A stretch of DNA of 64,000 nt, from contig NC_069003.1 in NCBI RefSeq assembly GCF_001194135.2, positions 5,728,984-5,792,983 of the forward strand, in the 5' to 3' direction. The DNA comes from Octopus bimaculoides (taxonomy: Eukaryota). The notes below the pieces were generated by a model, which saw only the letters and a list, made by a program, of their open reading frames with translations, was not told the DNA's origin and ran no database searches. A program made the translations under genes and the position numbers. Of this stretch, positions 25,807 to 39,684 are shown in pieces (the first letter of the stretch is position 1; the number at the start of each line of letters is the position of its first letter).

Positions 25807-28268
25807 TATTATTTAGGAACAGACATGGTTGGTGTTCAATCTCACTGCATGTCATCATCTTGGGCAAGTGATTTCTGCTGTAGGTGATTTGATTCATTCA
25901 TCTGAAATCAATTGGCTGAAACTAGAAGTGATCTCATGTGGTGGGGAAAGCACTTATCTCTTCAGTCAGCTTTGTGAGTGGATTTGGTTGATGGAAACTG
26001 AAAGAAGCCTGTTTTATATCATCATCATCATCATCATCATCATACATCTGTTTTCCATGCTGGCATGGGTTGGACGGTTTGATAGTAGCTGGCCAGCTGA
26101 GGAGCTGCCTGGGATCCATGTCTGTTTTGGCTCGGTTTCTATGGCTGGATGCCCTTCCTAGTGCCAACCACTTTACAAAGTGTACTGGGTGCCTTTTACA
26201 TGACACCAGTATGGGTGATTTTTATGTGACACCAGCACCCACAAGTCCTTAAGATTAGGAACTCTCATCAGAAGAGGGATGCAGAGAACACACACACACA
26301 CACACACACATACAGTATATCTTATGCATACAAATAGATGTATAACTAATACACTTGTGCACATACTCACACATAGTGTGCTTCCATATAGTTTCCATCC
26401 ACCAGATTTCACTCACTAAGCATTGGTCAACAAAAGACTAAAGCTGAAGACATTTTCCCATGATGCTGTGCAGTGGAAACAAGCCTAGAATCACTGGATC
26501 ATAAAATGAGCTTCTTTACACTACATCTCTGCTTGTGCCCATTTTTTGTGTACTTTCCCCTGACTTCATCCAAATTCTCTAAATATTCTTACTTCAGTCT
26601 GTAAAATGATGCTTCAGTGCATTGAAAATTCCAGACATTTTTGTAATTTCCATTTTTATTTATTTTATTATTATTTTTGTTAAATCAGAAATTTCAAGCC
26701 GCAGTGTAATTTATTAGTAACACATACACATATATGTATATGTATGTATGTATGTATGTATGGGTGTGTATGTGTATATAGAGATGTATATATATATATA
26801 TATGTGTGTGTACATGTATATACATATATGCATATAAGTGTATGTGTGTGTATATGTCTGTATGCATGCCTACATACAAACTAATACTGTTAGATGAGAG
26901 AAAAAGTACTCAGTACTTGATGTAGAGTGTAGCTGATTTAATTCAGTCATCTGAAAACCATTGGCTGAAACTAGAAAAGACTTCATGTGTTGTGGGGTGA
27001 TGATGGAGCAGTGATCATCTCATCAGCCAGCCAGTGTTACATTCATTTGATAGATGCTTCATACCAGTACATATAATACCAGTACCATATTATAGTGTAG
27101 GCCCAAAAGGAGTGATTTTGCAAAATCATTAGAGTGATGGATAGTATGTCATGTTGTATTTATTCTGAATGTTTGTGTTTTGAGTTCAAATCACACTGAA
27201 TCAACTTTGGCTTTCATCCCTTTTGGTGGTGGTGGGGTCAATGAAATAGGTGTCATTGAAGGACATTGGATTTGTGGAACTGTTAGAGGATCAGGTAAGA
27301 TGCTTTGTGGTACCAGATCTGGGTCTTTGCATTCTAACATCATTGCTTGTGATGCCATTAGTGCCAAACTGTATCAACTCAAGTTGGTGACGTTTCATTT
27401 GGATAAACATCAGAGGCATGGAGCTAGGGAGACTGGCGTGCATGACCAACAGCTAGTGTTCCTCAAAAATATCTTACTCAGGCTTGTGTACACGTGTACA
27501 GATTCATGGTTAACATTGACTGAGAGAAGCTCTACAACTCTCAATATCATATAATATCCCAATATCAGTCCTATACAACCTTCAGCTCTTGAGCAGCTCA
27601 TCTAAGGGAAGGTAACTCTGTACAACTCCTGCAGGTTTGTAACTACTTGGCTTGTGGCACTTGTTGCACTAGACTAATACAATTTTGAAAGTTGAGACAG
27701 TGGGACTGGTTCTGCACAGACACTGCCCACATTAATAATATTATTCATCGTGCAGTTTGTTCAGCAATCTTACTGAACCCTCATTCATTAAAGCAATGAG
27801 ACAGTCTACCACCGCCATATATAGATAAAAATTTTTATATTTCTATATCCTACAGAACCTCCCAAAACTAAACACCAATATCTAAGCATTATCCAACCCT
27901 AATTAGGTTACCACTGATGAAAACTAAACAATACCAAAGTCAGTGATCCCCAAAGACTATGAACCTACAAACACTTTCCACTTTACAAGAATGAAGAACA
28001 ACCCAGAAGAATGAGATTAAGATATAAAAAATTCACAATTGAGAATAATGCGGTTCTTCCGATATATCTATAAAGAAATTCATTTTCATTATAACAGTTC
28101 ATACATTAATTTTCAATTTCTATTTTTATGTATTTTCATTTATTCTTTTATGCATTTGCTTTTTCATCATTTTTTATGTTGTTTTATCATTTATTTTTCT
28201 TATCTTTTATTTAACGTTTTTTGTTGCTTATTCTTACATTTCTTTTTAAAATTTATATATATATGCTA

Positions 28269-28299
<31 letters not shown>

Positions 28300-29239
28300 A
28301 GGTATTCTCTTTTACTCCTTTTTTTCTTTGTTAGTCCCCTCATTTTTTGTATTTTGAATTAAATTCCTTCTGTCAGCAATTATCTCTTTTTTTTTTCTCC
28401 TTCTTTGAGCATTAAGTTTCCAACAACTATATTATTTCAGAAGTTTTCCTTCAGTTGTCATGTTTTGGTATTTGGGTTCCTTTCCCTTCAGGTTTTCTGA
28501 TAAACAAGAATTTCTGACATGTTGGTCACAAGACAGTTTTGTTTGTGTCTTTCTTTCAGATGTGGGTCATTTCATTCTTTGTTTACTCAAAGGAACTCTT
28601 TGTTTGGACTGTTAGTTTTGTTATTGATTTCTTTGTTCTTGAGAAACACATCATCATCTTCATTGTTTTAACATCCACTTTTCCGTGCCTGCATGGGTTA
28701 GAAGGAATTTGTTGAGGTAGATCTATGGTCAAATGATGCCCTTCCTATCACTGACTCCCACCTGTTTTCAGCCAAAATAATATTTTCCCATGGCCAGACA
28801 TGCTTTCATGGGATATTGGAAGAGAAGGACATCACTCATATGATAATGTTCATATCATTACTAACACTGCATATCATTATCAGCACCATCATCAGCACCA
28901 TCATCATAGCATTTTTTTTTACCTGGAACCAGCGCAGATGCTTTATAACTGGCACCAGCACGGGTGTTTTTTACATGACACCAGTTAGTACAATCTATCC
29001 TTCATACTTCTATACAGTTTTTGTCTACCGAATTTCACTCACGAGGAAAGGATTAACCCCAAGGCTATAGAAAACAACATTAGCCCAAAATTCCATTCAG
29101 TGGAATTGAACCTGGTACCTCATTCGTGGTTGCAAAGTGAACTTCTTTTCTTTACCCTTCAACCATACTATGCCTTCTTAGTATAGTAAATAGATAAATG
29201 AAAAGTAGCTAGTTTCAGTGATGTTTCAGTATTTCACGG

Positions 29240-29281
<42 letters not shown>

Positions 29282-29822
29282 TTTTTTTTTGTTTTTTTTA
29301 TCAGACTTGTTGAGTAAATAATGAGACTAACTAGTTTATTGTTTATTATAGATATTAATCATAGGGAAATGGAATTAATTATTTACCTGGAATCCAGTGT
29401 TTAGTGCTAATTGTTAGTGCAGTATGTCTTGCATTGTTTACACAAGTGATTGCAACTGCACAACTATACCATGTTTAGTTGGCACAGTTAAATAATTAAC
29501 GATGATAGGAATCTGATCTAAATGAAAGCATTTAATTACATAAAAGTAGAAGCTTGTTATTGTTCATTTGCCAGTTTCATGTAAAGTAACAGGAAAAACT
29601 AATGATGATAATAATAATAATGATAATAAATGGTTGTTTTCTGATATTTCTTTTGGCATTTTCTACAAAATAATTTCATTTCTTGTACGCTTTGAGAAAC
29701 AATGATTATAATAATGATGATGATGAGGATGATAATAATAGAGTTGGTTTTGCATGTTCAGAAAAGGAGTTGTGACCGTTTTGTAGGAATAGAAATGGAA
29801 GTCCTTGTGAACCATGTAGCGA

Positions 29823-29945
29823 GTGTTGCAAGACTTTCTTATACAAACCGAAAGAAGAATAGAACACAATGGGCCAGATATCGTAGTTGTTGATAAGAAG
29901 AAACTATGTATTGCTATCAATGTGGCATGCATGGCTGATACTCAC
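29823..29945 (+). mobile_element. Restriction-like endonuclease fragment of an R4/NeSL-type LINE
   Basis: QDFLIQTERRIEHNGPDIVVVDKKKLCIAINVACMAD matches the DF.IQTD..I.HNRPDIVVVDK....IIDVACP motif. Confidence 0.8.
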
Positions 29946-30114
29946 AAGGCCTGGAATTTTGTGAGAGAGGGGCTAATTGATTACATCAACCTTGAAAGGA
30001 TGAAAGGCAAAGTTAACTTCGGTGGGATTTGAACTCAGAATATAAAGATAGAAGAAAGCTGTTAAGCATTTTGTCCAGTGTGCTAATGATTCTGCCAGCT
30101 CACTGACTTAATAA

Positions 30115-30146
<32 letters not shown>

Positions 30147-30614
30147 ATAATGATAATAATGAAGATGATGATAAAATAAATGAGGTCAAAAGATTAAGAA
30201 CATAGACTTTAAAAGAGTAAATATAGAATAAGTTTTTGAAGTAAAGTAAAAGTTTTTGGTCATTTCTGAACAATTAGCCATGTTTTTATTTTTACAATTT
30301 AGCAAGAATGTTTATCTTGGCTTACTTCCAAGACAAATTCTCGAAATGATTTTTGGTTTCGAATCAAGAATTGAGTCAGTTTAATTTCAGTTATTTCATG
30401 CAACTGTTCTCATAAACTTTACAAATAGCACTGCAACTCACCAGAAAATTTGAGCACCATTTTGTCTGTTAGATATTCGTGGTTCAGAGTTTACATGCCA
30501 TTCACTGTTCACATGTAGTTGATATTTCACTTGCTGTTCACAGTTTACTGGAATGTAAACAGTAGATTAACTGTAAATAGTTTGTTGACTATGAACCTCA
30601 CACACAGTTTATAG

Positions 30615-30935
30615 TGAACAAACCATTCACTATTCACAAGCTGTTTACTGTTCATACACTGCTCATTGTTCATATTCTCCACGTTGTTCACACACAGTTC
30701 TTAATCAACACACTGTTCACTCTTCACACATTGTTTACTATTCACACACAGCTTACTGTTCATTGTTCACATTTGACATACTGCTCACTATTCACATGTT
30801 CCTTACTTGCTCTTCATACATGGCTCACTGCTCACACATTGTTCACTGCTCACACATTGTTCACTGTTTACAGTTGATGACACACTGTTCACATATAATT
30901 TGCTGTTCCCATACCATTCACATACAATGTATGGT
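30615..30935. repeat. Degenerate 18-bp minisatellite (TGTTCACTGCTCACACAT)n
   Basis: Explains the LFTVHT-repeat ORF at 30614-30877. Confidence 0.8.
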
Positions 30936-31904
30936 TCATATGTTACATACCATAGTAACATTTAACACTTAGTTACTGATTTCACTGACATTGAATACTT
31001 TGGTGAGTCTCAGGACCATAATAGAAGATGCTTGCCTAAGATGCCATGCAATGAGACCGAACTCAAAACTGCATGATCGACAGGTAAACATCTTAACCAC
31101 ACAGCCCTATCAGTTCTACAGACAGTGGTCTCATTATATGATAATTAAATATTTCTGAACTTAGTCCTCAGTCCCATTCACAGAATTTTTTTTTTTTTTT
31201 TTTTTGCTTTGGTAAGAATTTTTATATAATTATATATCAAAGTTAGTGAAACTCATTTACAGTATTACTGTATTTTGGTAATCTTTTATGGAATCTACTT
31301 CGTCATTTCTAATTACATTTTTAGCATTTTCTTCTGCACTTTTATAGAACCATAAAGATAAAAAAAAAATTTTTTTAATAAATAAATAAGGAAAAAATAA
31401 GCAACACAAAGAATTAACCCTTTCTTTTTTTATCTTTTTAAAGTTATATTTTGAGCACAGTAATTTATAAATTCCGTCCCGAATTCATACATTTTCTGCC
31501 GTTTTACTGTTTTAAATCACATTTCCACTAACTCGATTAAGTACATTTGTATCTTTCCTGAAAATTAACAATGCTCTCAGAACTTGGATAAATGTTCTTC
31601 ATTCTTTATTCTTTATTCTTTGGTCCACCAAAGCATTAACAACAAATGTCACAGAGTTATAATATCCAAGAAAGGTAGAATTTATTTTGGATCGATATTA
31701 TAAAAAGGAAAACTTAAAAGTAAAATTATGTATTAAAGTATTAAGTAGTTATTTTAATCTGATTTTATAAAGAAAAATAGTTCCTTTTTGTTTGTTTCTT
31801 CTTAATGTTAGCTAGGGCCTATTTGACTGCATTAAAATGTAGAAAGGTCCCTTCTATTGGTATTAACAATTTTCCATGTCAACCTAATGTTGGCGTAGTA
31901 ATCT

Positions 31905-32180
31905 AGTAATTCTCTGTCTCTTTTCTCTCTGTTCCTCTCTCTCTCTTTTCTCTCTGTTCCTCTCTATCTCTTCTCTGTCCCTCTCCATCTCTCTGTCCTC
32001 TCCATCTCTTCCTTCTGTCTCTCACCATCTCTTCTCTCTGTCTCTCACCATCTTCTCTCTGTCTCTCACCATCTCTTCTCTCTGTCTCTCTCTCTCTCCA
32101 TCTCTTCGCTCTGTCTCTCTCCATCTCTTCTCTCTGTCTCACTCCATCTCTGTCTCTCTCTAGTCTCTCTATGTCTCTCT
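31905..32180. repeat. TC-rich compound microsatellite
   Basis: Direct reading. Confidence 0.95.
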
Positions 32181-32369
32181 TGTCAAATGCTATCTACTGA
32201 TTTGTTGTACCAACCTAAATGGATTAAGAAATCTTTCTGTCAGTCGTTGGAATATTTTCAGTTTGCCATAAATGAATTTAAGTCTGGATGTTACTCAGGA
32301 ATACAGCACAGGCAGACATAAAGACCTAGACTTCAGTTGTGTAATGATGCTAATAATAGTAATGCTTTC

Positions 32370-33575
32370 AAATTTTGGCACAGGGCCAGGAAGTTTGGGG
32401 TGGGAATTATGTCAATTGCATCAACCCCAGTGTTCAACTGGTACTTATTTTATTGACCCTGAAAGGATGAAAGGTAAAGTCGACCTTGGTGGAAATTGAA
32501 CTCGGAATGTAGTGACGGGCAAAATACCACTAAACATTTCATCCAGCATGATAATGGTTCTGCTAGCTCACCACCTTGATATAAATAATAATAATAATAA
32601 TAATAATAATGGTTTCAAATTTTGCTACAAGGGCAGCAATTTTGGGGGAGGGGACTTGTTGATTACATTGACCCCTCTGTTTGATTTCTTAAGGAGATAC
32701 AAGACCAGAAATTTTGTGGTTGGAGTATGCTGTGGTGAAACAGTATCCCTCAATACATAACTAGTACTTCAGTCTTTAAAACTCTTATTATTTTTATTCT
32801 GCTACAACTTAGAACTGTGGTGTAGTGTTTTCCCACAGGGAGTGACATGGAGACATCTTTGGATTTAATACTATATAATTATAAATAATTATAATAATAC
32901 TATACAATAGTAAATAATTATGATAATATATTTGTGTAAAAATCATATTCAGCATGTTCAGGTGCACTTGGATGTAAGAAAGCCTGCTGCTGCAAAGCTA
33001 GTCCTGAGAGAAAATTATTTTTTTAGGTATGTGTAATAGTACAAGATTGGGTTGTGGATGACATCATTGGATTATACTACGCCTGTATTTCCATGTTGTT
33101 TGCATTTCTTCGGCTATGAAGCCCAAATCTATCAGTCACAGCTTGGTAAGAATGAAATAATTGTTCTTGAAATAGCATATGAAACGTATGCTGATGTGTT
33201 TGTTATAATAATACCATATAAACATGGTTTCAAATTTTGACAGAAGGCCAGTAATTTTAGAGGAGAACATTAGTTGATTACAGCAGCCCCAGTTAAGTAT
33301 TTTGTCCAGTGTGTTATCAATTCTGCTGGTTCACTACCATAATTATAATAATAATAAGGATTGTTTCAAATTTTGTCATAAAGCCATCAAATTAGGGAAG
33401 GTTGTTTGTCAATTACATCGGACCTCATACTTGACTGGTACTTTATTCTTATTGACCCTGAAAGGATAAAAAGCAAAGTTGACATTGATGAGATTTGAAC
33501 TCAGAGCATTAAGAGCCACAAGAAATACTACTATACATTTTGTCTGATGTGCTAACAATTCTACCAGCTCGCCTA
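32370..33575 (-). mobile_element. Cluster of four minus-strand family A SINEs (two partial)
   Basis: Reverse core GACCCTGAAAGGATGAAAGG at about 32455 and 33450; tail pieces at 32610 and 33225. Confidence 0.7.
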
Positions 33576-34179
33576 TACAGCCCTGAAACTCTCTTGTCTC
33601 TCTAATTGCTCTCTGTTTGTTTTGGTACCACACCAAAAGGATTTTCACCAGTTTTACAGAAATCTGCTTTCTCTCCACTTTGCAACAACTATAGTTCTGT
33701 TTTGCAGTCACTGGCTTAATGGTCATACTGGAGCAGTACTGTCAATATGTGATTTTCAATTGCTAAGATCAGTCATGAAGCAGCATTTCTAATTTGAGTC
33801 ATCATCATCATTATTTAACGTTCATGTTCCATGCTGGCATGGGTTGGACAGTTCAACAGGAACTGGCTCATTCAGGGACTGCATCATGCCCCACTCTCCA
33901 CTTTGGCATGGTTTCTATGACTGGCTGCCCTTCCTAATGCTAACCACTTTACAACATGTACTCTGTGCTTTTTTCATGCCACCAGGGCTCGTGCAGTTGC
34001 CATGCATCTTGCAAGACTACAAACCCTGGGAAAGGCAACTTATGCTAGAAGAGGGGTTAAAGTATGAGAGAAAGTACCAGAGCAGAACAATTTTCTTGTT
34101 TTGGAGGGGCCACATAGCTACTTGCATTTTAGCCATTATCATATCTGACCCAAATATTCTACCAATTTTGTGTGAAAGC

Positions 34180-34590
34180 TAACCATCACCAGTCATCGTG
34201 GTCCTTTGTCATCTCCAAGAGATTCAAGATCCTGAAATCAGCGTTCATCACTCCATCTCATGTCTTCCTGGGTCCCCCTTTTCTGCGACCCCAATCCACG
34301 TTAAATGATGAGCTCTTCTTTATACAGCTGTCCTCGTTCATAAACATCACATGTCCATGCCAGCACAGTCTTCTTTCTTTCTTGCACACGACCTCCATTA
34401 ACTCTTGGATTTTCTTGAGAACTGCATATTGCCAGTCATCTCAGTCCCTTGACATCTCCACTGAGTGTTCAACCTTCACTTTGTCCCATGTCTCTTCGGG
34501 TCCCCCCATCTGCAAGCTCCTTCATTAAATGATGAGCCCTTTATACAGCTGTCCTCATCCATACATGTCACATGCCCATACTCGTGCATA
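34180..34590 (-). mobile_element. Two tandem RTE ORF2 C-terminal fragments
   Basis: 34180-34385 reads RLCWHGHVMFMNEDSCIKK..RKGGPRKT*DGVMNAD..EMTKDHDDW. 34405-34590 is a second diverged copy of the same segment. Confidence 0.8.
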
Positions 34591-35461
34591 TGACATCTGA
34601 TACCTCTTAATTGTTCTCTAATGAGCCAGATAATTACTTACTTTTTCTTTTTATCCTCCACCCTGGCTATAGATTACATTATTCTACTGATACAGATATG
34701 GATGTGGAGCTATTTTGCAGCTATTTCCTGTATTTTTCTGTATTGTTTCTCTCTTTTGTTTCATATATACCACCACCATTCTTCGTTGAGATGGGAGTGA
34801 TCAAAGTTGATTAAAGAAACACACAGAGGTGTTTTGTAAAATACCCCTCACATACACACACACACACACATAGCATGTGTTTGTGTGTGTGTGTGTGTGT
34901 GTGAATGAAAGAGAGAGTGTGAGAAGGAGAGAAAGCAATAGATATAATATGCGTTTTGTTCTATTAAGTTTAGATAAACAGCAGTTTAAAACTTTATCTG
35001 AATGGCTTTATTATTTTTTTTTATATTTCTTATCATAATGTCATTCATTTGATACTGATAAAGTAGAAGCTGTTGGGCGGTGGATGGGGTTGTTATGCAT
35101 ATATATTTTTATCAAATTTATAGTTGTTGTTGTTGTTGTTATTGTTACACTGTACTGAGTGTTATAATAGGTAGCAAGCAATAGTTAGGAAGGTGATTAA
35201 AATGCCCTCCCTCCCTCACTCACCCACTCACTCACACCTCCATCTTAATGCCAACTAAAGAGAGAAAGATAGATAGAGAGGGGGAGAGGCTTATTTGTCT
35301 AAGAAGCTATTTATAGGGTTACTAAATACCAAACCTAGCAAGCCAAGAGTCTGTTACATACATCAGAATGTTATTTTTCTTAACAGCTCATTATGATTCT
35401 AAAATAAAGGCTTCATTTTTTTGAATCAAAATTCTTGTGTTTTTCCTGTCCATGCCCAAAG

Positions 35462-35578
35462 CAAGCAGTCGGAATAATTCGCAATAAAGCTAAAGCCAGC
35501 CATATCTCTCCTTTCTTGCGTACACGAAGCATGAGATTGGATCAGAAATCAGGTGTCGAAACACATTGGGTTGTTTGA
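35462..35578 (+). CDS. Candidate exon QAVGIIRNKAKASHISPFLRTRSMRLDQKS(G|VETHWVV*): internal to 35552 (weak donor CAG|GTGTCG) or terminal with stop at 35576-35578
   Basis: First AG after the pyrimidine tract TTCTTGTGTTTTTCCTGTCC. CpG-retaining unique island in otherwise CpG-poor DNA. Open phase-0 frame. Donor is poor. Confidence 0.35.
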   Translation, partial: QAVGIIRNKAKASHISPFLRTRSMRLDQKSGVETHWVV

Positions 35579-36794
35579 AATACGTATATATTATTGTCGT
35601 TGCTGTTGTTGTTGGTTCAAACATATATTGTTGTTTGATTCTGATGTAAAGTTGGTAGTGCATTGGATAAAATGCCTTGTGATTGACAGACATTGCCTTT
35701 CCTCCTTTTTTTTTATTTTTTGTCTTTTATCTTTTACTTGTTTCAGTCATTAGACTATGGTCATGCTGGAGCACCACTTTGAAAAGTTTTAGTTGAAGAA
35801 ATCACTTCCAGTATTTATTTTTTTAAATACTGGTGCTTATTCTGTCTGTTTCTTTTGACTTTCGCCAAACCACGAAGTTGTAGGGGATGGTGAAAAAAAA
35901 AAAATAGGGAATGACAAACACAAGCACACATAGATATATATACAATGGGCTTCCACACAGTTTCCATTTATCATATTCACTCACAAGTCATTCGTTGACC
36001 CAGAGCTATAATAGAAAACATTTGGCCAAGGTGCCACACAGTGGGACTGAACCTGAAACCATGTGGTTGCAAAGCAAACCTCTTAACCACACAGCCTTGT
36101 CTATTGTCAAACAATAAATTATTGCTCAAGTACTCTTCCTCTTCTGTCTGTCTGTCAGTCTGTCTCTCAATCCATGATGTGTCCAAGTGGTCCAACCAAG
36201 CCACTGACCCCCCCCCCATCATCCTCACCCCACTGCTACTATTCTTTAGATTCAATTTAATTAATCAATCCGATTAATTCCACTCACATGAAAATAAACC
36301 AGTAAGGGATTCTCTATGCAGTCATAGACTCTGCTAGAAATGGCAGCCAGATCTTCCTCAGGTGCAACCTTGCCATACTAAAAACAAACTCTTGACCTTG
36401 TATTTAAGAAACCATTATTTTTGTTATTATTATTATTTTTGTTATTGTTGTTATTATTTATGTTAAAAGAAAAGAATTGGTGTTGTTGTTTAACCCCAGG
36501 TCAAACCTTGTTGAGGCAGTGATCTATGATCAAAGACTGAAAGACATTCCAGCCAGGTCAATGTTTCTCTCATGGAATATCATGGAGTGTATTATCTGCT
36601 CTCATTCTGCAGTCATAAGGATTCATAAGGTGGAATTTGAGGGGAAATTTAGCTGCTATTTTTTGCAGCTTAAGCTGACACATAAAGGCTTTCTCATGGC
36701 TTATTGTTGTTGCTGTTATTGTTATTTCAGTTTTGTGACTTTCCAGCTGTTTTACTGATAATACACCAATCATGTTTCCCAACCTTGGTACTAG

Positions 36795-36851
<57 letters not shown>

Positions 36852-37896
36852 NNNNNNNNNNNNNNNNNNNNNNNNNNNNNNNNNNNNNNNNNNNNNNNNN
36901 NNNNNNNNNNNNNNNNNNNNNNNNNNNNNNNNNNNAAAAAAAAAAAAAAAAAAAAAAAAAAGACAGCCCCCATTAATTTGAGAATAAAATTTTAAAGCCA
37001 TGTACAATGCAAGAAAGCTAAATATAAGAAGATTATGTCAGAAGTCCTGCCTTATTGCAAAACTTAAATGAATCTATTTGACATCGAAATATTTACCATG
37101 GTTGTTCTAAATTATTGCAAAACTCATATGAATGTTACATTGAAACATTTACTGCAATAGCCCTCTATTATTGCAAAAAATAAATTAATGTAATTAAGAC
37201 TGAACATTTACAGCATGGAAGCCAAGTTGTAGTTGCACAAAAACAATGAAGTTTTCTTTTTTCTTTTTTTTTTCTTCCGTTTTTACATAAAGACAATCAA
37301 CATTATCTTCTATGTTACACTACATATGCAGTTCCTAGCAGTGCTGTTTACTATCTCCTGTTTGCCATGTTGTAGGGACACTGCTAAAATATATTATTCC
37401 AATATCTCCTGTTGTTTTTCTGCCAGTATTATCTCCCCGAACGTTTCTATTACGTCAGATGCAACCTTTGCTGATAATCCGTACATTTGTCTTGTTTCTG
37501 CTTCCGTTTATCTATGTGCTGTATCTCTTCTGCTCTGTGGCAGAAATGTTTCTGCTTGATAGTGTATAGGCCAGGGCTGAGGGACCTTCTGGCCCCTCAG
37601 GCGCTTAGGTGTGGGCTTCCGGAAAAATTCTGAAGTTTGCATTATGAAAAAAATAGCAAAAAAATAAAACAGATCTCCTAATCTTTCATCTTTTACTTGC
37701 TTCAGTCATTGGACTGTGGTCATGCTGGGGCACTACCTAGAAAAATTTTAGTCAAACACATTGACTCCTGAACTTATTATTTTCTAAGACAGATACTTAT
37801 TCTAACAGTCTACTATGCTGAACCACCAAGTTATGGGGACATAAACAAACCAACACAGTTGTCAAGCGGTAGTGGAGGACAAATGCAGACATGAAG

Positions 37897-37948
<52 letters not shown>

Positions 37949-38020
37949 CTACCTGTGTGTATATATATATATATATACACTCTCACACTCACTCACACAT
38001 ACATATATGCATGCATGCAA

Positions 38021-38052
<32 letters not shown>

Positions 38053-39684
38053 TTTATTTTGGGGTTAACAAGGCTACCATTGGTTTCATGCCAAGAATTC
38101 TCATCCAAGATGGAGACAAGTATCAATGTCCCATGTGGCAGGCTTGATAATTGCTAAGAATCTTAACCCCAAAATAAAGACTATCCACCAATGTGTTGTT
38201 GACCACTCATCCTTACTGTTCAATACTAGTATGTGTGTGTGTATATATATGATGATGATACACACACATACACACACCTATGACAGGCTTTTATTTTCCC
38301 AAGGTGCTGGGTTGTGGTACTGAACTCAAGACCATGTAGTTACAAAGTTAGCTTCTTAACCTCACAGTTAAACCTGTACAATAATTTACAAAACTTTTAT
38401 AAGAATTAAGAAATACATTTGGCAAGTAGAGGGGATGAATTAATTAATTACAACTTTTAGAGAATAAAAAATTACAACTCAGCTCAGTTCACAGACCCTA
38501 AGTCAACCTGGAATCTATCCATAGACGTCGTTGTTGTTGATTAGCTTCAGGTCAGAGTCTAATTGAACAAATTTTTCTTGAGAGATGCTGACAAGTTGTT
38601 ACCATCCTGTCCTCCTTTCCTACAATATCTCTCTACCAATTCCACTTTGAAGGCATTGGTCAGCTTCAAGCTATAGTAGATGACATCTGTTACACACAGT
38701 CACACACAGGATTGAATGTGAAATCCCTATGAGTGTGTGTGTGTGTGTGTGCATACATACCTGTGAACTTGTATTTGCTATCAATGCTCAACCCAGATTT
38801 GCTTATTTTATCATGACTAAAACATTGGTTTACATTGTTGGCCAAAGGTTAAAGATTGATTAGAGAAAGTCTGTCAGCATGTACAGCCAAATGAGCAAGA
38901 CTTTTGTTTTCTTTATTTTATGTCTTAGATGAGGAATGTGGAAGCACCTGTGACATTTCTCAGAGTCTGAAAAGTTAGTGGAGGAGACAAGAGTTAAAAA
39001 TAAATCGTGACTCATGGATTGATACTGCAGGAAATAATGCATTAAAATATTGAGCTGGTCTAAATGTCTGCAACAACAGAGTTGGGACCCTACTAAAAAC
39101 ATCCAGGGAGCATTTGGTGGTGTTAAACTAATCAAATCTGGATTAAATCTGCTGAAATTTCACATGGTTTCTGTCCCTTATATTTTACTGACAATTTGAT
39201 AAAATTAACTTGAGGCTATGGTAGATGACACTTGCTCGAGATGCTGTCCAGTGGAATTGAAATCACATCTCTGTGATTGCTGAGTGATTTTTTTTTTCTC
39301 AACCACATACCAACACTGGTTGTGAAGCAGTAAGTGGGTGACAAAGACAAATGCAAAGGCACACATACACAAACACACACGCATGTACATATTATAGGTT
39401 CCCACTCAGTTTCCATCTACCATGTCTCCTCTCAAATCAATGGTCAGCTGGGAGCTAGCGTAGAAGCCACTTGCCCTTGGTGCCCAGCACTGGGACTGAA
39501 CCCGAAACCATGTGGTTGCAAAGTGAGCTTTTTAACTACACATCCACACCTGAAAACACACACACGTGCACGCACACTTTCATTTACCACCTTGCTTAAA
39601 TTGCTGTATCACTGGATTGAACTTGTGACTACATAGTTGAAGAAGCTTGCTTCCCTGTCACACAACCCAACCCAGTAATCTTTA

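Noticed and set aside
27330-27620. GC-richer unique stretch inside ORF 27180-27554
   Set aside because: The ORF starts within a SINE, and no frame gave a recognisable motif.
30549-30570. TGGAATGTAAA match to the miR-1 5' end
   Set aside because: Only 11 nt match, and the possible stem has a ~1-nt loop, so it is not a pre-miRNA.
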